Source: TPA_inf: Saccharomyces (taxonomy: Eukaryota). Taken from it: a DNA stretch of 64,000 nucleotides. The translations under genes and the position numbers were made by a program. This document shows positions 57,972 to 64,000 of the stretch, piece by piece (position 1 is the first letter of the stretch; each line of letters starts with the position of its first letter). Location of the stretch: assembly GCA_000146045.2 (NCBI GenBank), contig BK006941.2, forward strand, positions 928,001 to 992,000. The letters are read 5' to 3'. The notes beneath the pieces were generated by a model. That model saw only the letters and a list, made by a program, of their open reading frames with translations, was not told where the DNA came from and searched no databases.

Positions 57972-58739
57972 ATGGTGAAATTACAAAGGTTTAGCGAAAA
58001 GAAAAGCCTCATACACGAATTCGGCAAGTTTATCCTTGAAAAGCAAGAATCGGCGTTAACGGGCGACGCTGATGCAGTGTTCAATATCGCCATCAGTGGA
58101 GGATCGATGAACCAAGCGCTGTACGAAAGTTTGGTAAATGACAAAAACATTTTTCCACATATTAAGTGGCCACAATGGAGAATCTTCTTCTGTGACGAAA
58201 GATTGGTTCCATTTGAGGATCCGCAAAGTAACTATGGTCAGTTCAAAAAAACAGTTTTGGACCCGCTAGTGCATCAGGGCAACCAATTGAACTTAGGCCC
58301 CACTGTATACACTATCAACGAATCATTAATCGGTGGCGGTGAAACGGCCAATAGAAAGATTGCCGAAGAATACGCTTCCATGCTGCCTGCATCATTCGAC
58401 CTAATCTTACTCGGATGCGGAGAAGATGGACATACATGCTCGTTGTTTCCCGGGGTTGAATTTAATTACCTTGTAGAAGAGATGGACCGCAAGGTTTTAT
58501 GGTGTAATAATTCGCCCAAGGCACCCAAGGACAGGATCACCTTTACATTAGCAGTAGTAGCCGAGGCTAAAAGTGTGTGCTTTCTCGTTAGGGGAGCTGC
58601 TAAAAAGGCTATCATGCATGACGTGTTAATCGTAAAAAATAGCGAACTACCTAGTGTGCTGGTTAATGAAATGGTCGGAACCAAAGTAACTTGGTTTCTC
58701 GACGACGAAGCTGGCGCCTTGATTCCTGAAAACTGCTAA
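57972..58739 (+). CDS. SOL4: 6-phosphogluconolactonase SOL4 (YGR248W), 255 aa.
   Basis: Fold of the glucosamine-6-P isomerase / 6PGL family (ISGGSM...LLGCGEDGHTCSLFPG). Length matches. Confidence 0.9.
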   Translation: MVKLQRFSEKKSLIHEFGKFILEKQESALTGDADAVFNIAISGGSMNQALYESLVNDKNIFPHIKWPQWRIFFCDERLVPFEDPQSNYGQFKKTVLDPLVHQGNQLNLGPTVYTINESLIGGGETANRKIAEEYASMLPASFDLILLGCGEDGHTCSLFPGVEFNYLVEEMDRKVLWCNNSPKAPKDRITFTLAVVAEAKSVCFLVRGAAKKAIMHDVLIVKNSELPSVLVNEMVGTKVTWFLDDEAGALIPENC

Positions 58740-59331
58740 TTACACTCGTCTTTATACGAAACTGGCTCCGTTAATCACGACAGACAACCTTAATTACATT
58801 ACATAATAATAAATAAATGACAACTGTCTTCTTTACAGCGTATGTTGGAGCTTACTCCCGAAGCATAAACCCAGTTCTTCTAGAAGAATTGACAGCAGAA
58901 AGGAAAGGGGTACCGAAGGCAAACTCAACCTTAAAAGTTCCGTAAGCAACCGAGCCTCCGCGAAGGTTGCATAACTTAAAAGAAAAACATAGCTCACCCG
59001 GTGATACCGTTACAACGCGTTAATCTTAATGCTATGACTCGGAACCACCTGCAAAACAGCGCTAACGGAAATTTCCATGGAAATAGAATAAGGGACGCAG
59101 CAGGGTTTTTTTTTTTGGCGAGCACACGAAATATAAAATTGCTTCGGGCCAGCTGCATGGAAGGGTTAATTTCGCCCCTTTATCGCAAGCTACGCAGTTC
59201 TCCTGGCTCGAGAATGAATCTGGCCCGCCGCAGACGTTTCCTGGCCCCAGATTAGGAAGCAGCGGCGGCGGAACGGAAGGTGCTCTAAGCAAAATAAGGA
59301 ATATTAGCCACGCCGGTAATTCCCCTCCTTT

Positions 59332-59353
59332 GGTCTGCCCCTGGTCTGCCCCT
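59332..59353. repeat. Perfect tandem duplication of the 11-mer GGTCTGCCCCT inside a GC-rich island upstream of MGA1. The complement contains two AGGGG (STRE-like) cores.
   Basis: GGTCTGCCCCTGGTCTGCCCCT. The surrounding ~500 bp (about 59100-59620) is far more GC-rich than typical yeast intergenic DNA. Confidence 0.8.
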
Positions 59354-60048
59354 TTCGTTTTTTATTTTTTTTTGGGTGAACGGAATACTCCGTGGGCGGC
59401 ACAAGGAGAGCCTGCGTAGGAATCTGTGCGTCTCAGTCGGGCGGGCCGATTTAGCACCGATGGTTCGCTTTGGCTTGGGCTTACGGTGACTGCGAGATTT
59501 GCAGATTAGTGCATATCCGCGCCTTTGTATGACGTGAAGCGATCCGCCCTGAACAACTTGTTACGTATATGATGTTGACTCTGCGCCCCCGTCTCTCTGG
59601 TTGCTGCCTTCTGCGCTGATTTGGTGCAATCTTTCTTTTTTGTCTTTGAAAGATTTAAGCTTTTTTTCGAGAAGAAAAAGGAGGAACCGAAAAAATAATC
59701 TTTCAGTTGTTGACCCGTAGAGCAGAAAATGGAAGGCAGTAGATATCCATATCGAAGGAAAAGCACAAACTTATCACGTTTAGGGTATTCATTAACGTTG
59801 AAGTAATCAGGTAGTGAATAGCTCGAAGTTTTCCATGCTTTCCTTTCGGTTGCATCTTTCTTCCTTTGGGGTTTTATCTTGATACGTCGTTACTTACCTT
59901 TTTTTCCAATATATATATATTGGTAGTAGCTGATCATTGCAGAAGATCTAGATCTCCTTTACACGCTTTAAGGTTAGGCAGCTGTAACCCCTATATTGAA
60001 TTTTCACCCACGCCATAAAATACAATAGCTCAGAGAACCGGTGGCCAC

Positions 60049-61419
60049 ATGCAACCTAAAACTTTCGTCCACCAACTTCATGCAATTCTTCTGGAACCGG
60101 AAGTAAATAAATGGATATACTGGTCTCCGACTGATAACACGGTATTTTTTTTGAAGCCATATGACCCTAATTTTAGTACACATGTTCTGAAGCGTTATTT
60201 CAAACATGGAAATGTCAATAGTTTTGTTCGTCAACTACACATGTACGGGTTTCATAAACTATCTCATCCTTCCCCAGACCAATCTTCTGCCAACAATGGT
60301 AACGTTAAAGAACTTGTTGAATGGAAATTTACCCACCCATCTGGATTCTTCTTCAAAGAGGCCAACGCCGGTATCTTGAATAAAATCCAAAGAAAGAGCA
60401 CTGGTGTGGGAAAAGATGGTAAAAGAAAGAATATACTGTCACCAATATCTGTCAGTTACGTTGATGCTTCGAGGTTAAATGTTCTCTCTCAGCAATCCGG
60501 ACCAGTTTCTGCAAGAGAACCATCAAACATGTTTATGGGCAGTCCCGTCCATTACTCAACATCCCAAAGTCCTCCACATATCAGTATACCGCAACAGCAA
60601 CAAAGTAGTGGACCTTACCTAATATCTTCACTGCCCCCTCAACAACCCACGGTGAACATGATGCGAAGGCAAAGCATCTCGGCGAGGATGATGAATTCTT
60701 ATGACTATCCCAATCAATTTTCCACCCAAGATAGCATAGTCCAGCCTCAGCAGCCGCAACAAGTACTTTCTCCACAAGCATTATCTGGACCTCCGATGAA
60801 GAAATCAGGAACACTATCTTCGACAGATGATCTGAAAACAACTTCCTTGCCAATTGTTAATTACCCAATGCCGTATCATCCTGGAGCTTTTGCCCAGCAG
60901 CAGCAGCAGCAGCAGCAACCGCTCCCTACAGTCCCGCCATATAGCAGTTACTCCACTCCATTTCCCTCAATGATGAACTCTCTTTCGAACTCTGCTTCTA
61001 ACTCACCTGCTTTAGGAGTTTGTAATAATAATGTAACACTACCCAAAAAAAGCAATATAAGTGAAAGGCAAGCTTTGGATAACCATATACAAACTTTAAA
61101 GAACTCTCTATCAACAATCACTGATTTGATAGAAAAACATATTAACAGCGCATCGCAAGATGAAAATAAAACTCTAACTAATGATGCCATGAACAAAGAC
61201 CTTCGAACAAGCTTATCCCTATTACAGAATTCCAAGGAGGAAATCATTCAACTTGAAAGTAAATGGATGTCTATGCAATCTGTTAAAACAACTGCCCTAC
61301 CCCTTCAAGAGACTACGAATACATCATCGACCTTAACTTCTCTGACGTCCAGCATAATTCCCAAGAGTATACCTATAATCACGAAAGGTGAAGTCGCCAC
61401 TAAACCAGCATCTTACTGA
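60049..61419 (+). CDS. MGA1: HSF-like DNA-binding protein MGA1 (YGR249W), 456 aa.
   Basis: N-terminal HSF-type winged-helix DNA-binding domain (FVHQLHAILLEPEVNKWIYWSP...FVRQLHMYGFHK) with a Q/S/P-rich remainder. Length matches. Confidence 0.9.
   Translation: MQPKTFVHQLHAILLEPEVNKWIYWSPTDNTVFFLKPYDPNFSTHVLKRYFKHGNVNSFVRQLHMYGFHKLSHPSPDQSSANNGNVKELVEWKFTHPSGFFFKEANAGILNKIQRKSTGVGKDGKRKNILSPISVSYVDASRLNVLSQQSGPVSAREPSNMFMGSPVHYSTSQSPPHISIPQQQQSSGPYLISSLPPQQPTVNMMRRQSISARMMNSYDYPNQFSTQDSIVQPQQPQQVLSPQALSGPPMKKSGTLSSTDDLKTTSLPIVNYPMPYHPGAFAQQQQQQQQPLPTVPPYSSYSTPFPSMMNSLSNSASNSPALGVCNNNVTLPKKSNISERQALDNHIQTLKNSLSTITDLIEKHINSASQDENKTLTNDAMNKDLRTSLSLLQNSKEEIIQLESKWMSMQSVKTTALPLQETTNTSSTLTSLTSSIIPKSIPIITKGEVATKPASY
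60895..60918 (+). repeat. MGA1: (CAG)7CAA repeat encoding Q8 in MGA1.
   Basis: A perfect CAG run is seen at 60895-60915. Confidence 0.95.
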
Positions 61420-62596
61420 ATTATTTTCAACAGAACACATCGCATCCAACTGAACAAACTGTTACCGCTGTTGATACCAAGGAACATTCAGTGAACGTAG
61501 GGAAGAACGAACATTCTCCATATTTTTGCATACTAGATACAAGGGGGAAGAATGCAATTATTTCACAAACCGAAAGAAAAAGAATCACAAGCTATGTTTG
61601 CTATTATCAATTTTTCTTATGATTAATTTAACATAAATTATGGCCTTTTTCATTCCGGCTGCGCTTGTTCTCCAATTTTTTTTTTTTTTTTGAGAAAACT
61701 TTAAAAATTTCAAATGTAAGAAAGTAGAGCAGATCTTTTAGCAAGGATCCGCTTAACATTCCAACAAAAAAGGAAAAATAAAACAATAATTTCGTTCCCC
61801 ATCTATCCTTCGCCTCTCCTTCGCTCTGTAATTTTTTTTACTCGCGCGCTTCCGACTTTTGAAAGAAGGAGCAATAAAGTTAAATAAATGTAATTAAATT
61901 ATGCTTTTTTAGGCAAGTTCGGGACTTTGTTGCCACGTATTGCTCTTCTATGCAAGCACTTCACTCCTTTTCTTTCATCTCTGTTTTCTTCCACTGGCTG
62001 GAAGCTTGAGGGTTGCCTCTTGATTCTTTATCGCCTGCAACCATTGCCTTGTTCCGTCCTCTCAAGGCGTTCCTTCCGTGCTTTTTAAATACTAGAATCA
62101 TTCGAGACGTATTTATGAGCATGTTACTTCTTGATGTTTATCTAAGAGGGTTGTTTAGGTTATCCGCATTATTTTTAAAGTTTTAAGGTTACATCATTTA
62201 TTCAGACGCGTTCGGAGGAGAGTGCATTCACCAAGATGTAAATTTCTTCAGTTTTCCGGATTAGGATTGGAAAAATGAAGAAAAATAGCTGCAGAAGAGC
62301 CGAAAATAGGTCAGAAAAAAAAAAAGACAGGCAAAATAGGTGTAAGCGTTAAATGCCTATTGCCTGCTGTACTAGCTAGCTAAAGTAATTGTAGCAGTTG
62401 TTATTAAGGAGTTCTTTAAATCATATTGCTTGCTTGTATCAGACCATTGGAAACTTCAATGTTTAAACTCTAGAAAGGTTGATCTGCTCAAATATTTTCA
62501 TATTTACGGCATGTCCTAACTTGAACATTTGTAGAAGAGAGACATATTTCTTAGTGTAGGCAAGATATTTGAATGACATTGTCTGCCGAAATATAC

Positions 62597-62623
62597 TCGA
62601 CTTGCAGTGGAACTGCAAGTCGA
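62597..62623. repeat. 27-bp perfect hairpin palindrome (12-bp arms, 3-nt loop), TCGACTTGCAGT-GGA-ACTGCAAGTCGA, in the MGA1–YGR250C convergent intergenic region.
   Basis: Read directly from the sequence; the arms are perfectly complementary. Confidence 0.85.
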
Positions 62624-63175
62624 AAAGGATATCGCTTTAGCCAAACAAAAATTTGTTGTGCTATTCAGTGAGCATGCATTGGCTATAGAGGCCGCACCTA
62701 AATTGTATCTTTTGATTTATGTAACTGCCACACTTTCTCTAGCACAGTCATGATACGGCTTTTTTTCATTTAGCCACCAAATACTGTAAATATCGTTTTA
62801 GAACGTTATGAAAAAATGCTCATCCACTTAAAAACCTCTCCGTATTCTGAAAGTTGGTATAATCTTGCACTTTAAGTGTATATCTTTTTATGCAATCTTT
62901 TTGAATAATGAGTGTTTTTCAAAATTTTGACATTCATGTGAATTGTTTATCTATCCTTTGCATAGTAAAAAAATAGATGCAGAATTTACTCACCTCAAGG
63001 AGGGGCAAAGTAATAAGAAAAGTTACCATAGGCTAGTTGAATGTCCAAGATCGTAAAGAATGAAGAAAAAAGGAGTAAAAAGTATGAATAAGATAAATGA
63101 AAATATAAAAATAAAAACCAACTAATACATGAAGAAAAAAAAGCAGACAAAAACATTTTATGGACCTGATGCAAT

Positions 63176-64000
63176 CTAGTAGTCCATAGAATAATCACCA
63201 CTAGAAAATTCTTCCTCTTCATTACTACCGTTTGCCATTATAGGAATATGATTTGCTGCAGGATTCTGCGGAGGTATTATATAGGGCACTGGCGGCACCT
63301 GTGGAATAAACCCAAATGATGGGAACATTGGCATCATCCAGTTAGCGTTATTTTGGTTTGCACTTATTAAGTTGTAACTGTTCACGGGCTTTGTGTTGGT
63401 ATTAGGGTACTGCAGTGGTATGAAATAATTTTCCCTCGAGACTTGCTGTTGCGATTGGTTCTGAGTCATCAAGGCATTGATAAATTTCTTATTATACTTT
63501 GTTGGATAAGCCTTATGATAATCATTATGTGGCTGAAAATTTTGGAACTTTGATGAGTTATCAGTTTGGGATTGATCATCATCATCACTTGAAGATAAAT
63601 TACCACGTTTCTGAGCGAAAGAAACAGATAACACTTGATCTTTGCTCACTTGATACCCGTCTGTATTCAAAATTGCCTTAGCAGCATCTAATGGGCTTTC
63701 AAAAGAAACAAAACCATAACCTCTTGATGATCCCACTGGCAGATCATTATCTGATGAGCTATCATTCGATTGTTGACGATACTTGTTCTTACTACCCCCA
63801 ACAGTAATGACCTTAACGCTGATTATTTCACCGAAAGATTTGTAGAAATCATATAAATCTTCATCTGTCCAAGAAAGAGGGATGTGCTTGACATATAGGT
63901 TTGATTCTTGCTGATTACTCATTGGTATAGGTAAGCTGTAAGAAGTTGATGGGTACTGGTACATGTCAAACTTGTTGCCCATGAATCTAGGCACACGTTG
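63176..64000 (-). CDS. YGR250C: 3' portion (C-terminal ~274 aa) of the RRM-containing protein YGR250C/RIE1; the 5' part lies beyond the window end.
   Basis: The minus-strand ORF is open to the window edge and stops at 63176-63178. It contains an RRM-like RNP1 region (GYGFVSFESPLDAAKA) and a Q/N/P-rich tail. It follows MGA1 as in the reference order. Confidence 0.75.
   Translation of the reverse strand, partial: QRVPRFMGNKFDMYQYPSTSYSLPIPMSNQQESNLYVKHIPLSWTDEDLYDFYKSFGEIISVKVITVGGSKNKYRQQSNDSSSDNDLPVGSSRGYGFVSFESPLDAAKAILNTDGYQVSKDQVLSVSFAQKRGNLSSSDDDDQSQTDNSSKFQNFQPHNDYHKAYPTKYNKKFINALMTQNQSQQQVSRENYFIPLQYPNTNTKPVNSYNLISANQNNANWMMPMFPSFGFIPQVPPVPYIIPPQNPAANHIPIMANGSNEEEEFSSGDYSMDY

Overview
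This 64 kb window reads as ordinary Saccharomyces cerevisiae nuclear DNA from the right arm of chromosome VII (the YGR217W–YGR250C interval). It is AT-rich and carries monocistronic genes on both strands at roughly one per 2 kb, with one spliceosomal intron and one tRNA gene flanked upstream by solo Ty LTRs. I recognised 29 protein-coding genes whose order matches the reference chromosome: CCH1 (3' part), CRM1, MRPL9, TOS2, PET54, HSV2, AZR1, AMA1 (spliced), DIE2, SMI1, BNS1, PHB2, NAS6, PHO81, YHB1, MIC26, SPG1, YGR237C, KEL2, PEX21, PFK1, YAP1802, MPC3, LSC2, SDA1, BRF1, CPD1, SOL4, MGA1 and the 3' part of YGR250C. The window also contains a tRNA-Gly(GCC) gene with its Pol III T-run terminator. 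A solo Ty4 tau LTR and a solo Ty1/2 delta LTR lie upstream of the tRNA, each flanked by a 5-bp target-site duplication. I see no sign of a novel or previously undescribed system: there are no operon-like arrays, CRISPR arrays or foreign-composition islands. Gene identities come from recognising the translated proteins and their chromosomal order, not from any database search. The observations worth a second look are regulatory and structural details: the Mer1-type regulated intron of AMA1, trinucleotide repeats that encode homopolymer tracts, palindromes and a GC-rich island in intergenic DNA, a candidate ARS consensus match, and two unusually long ORF-free intergenic regions.
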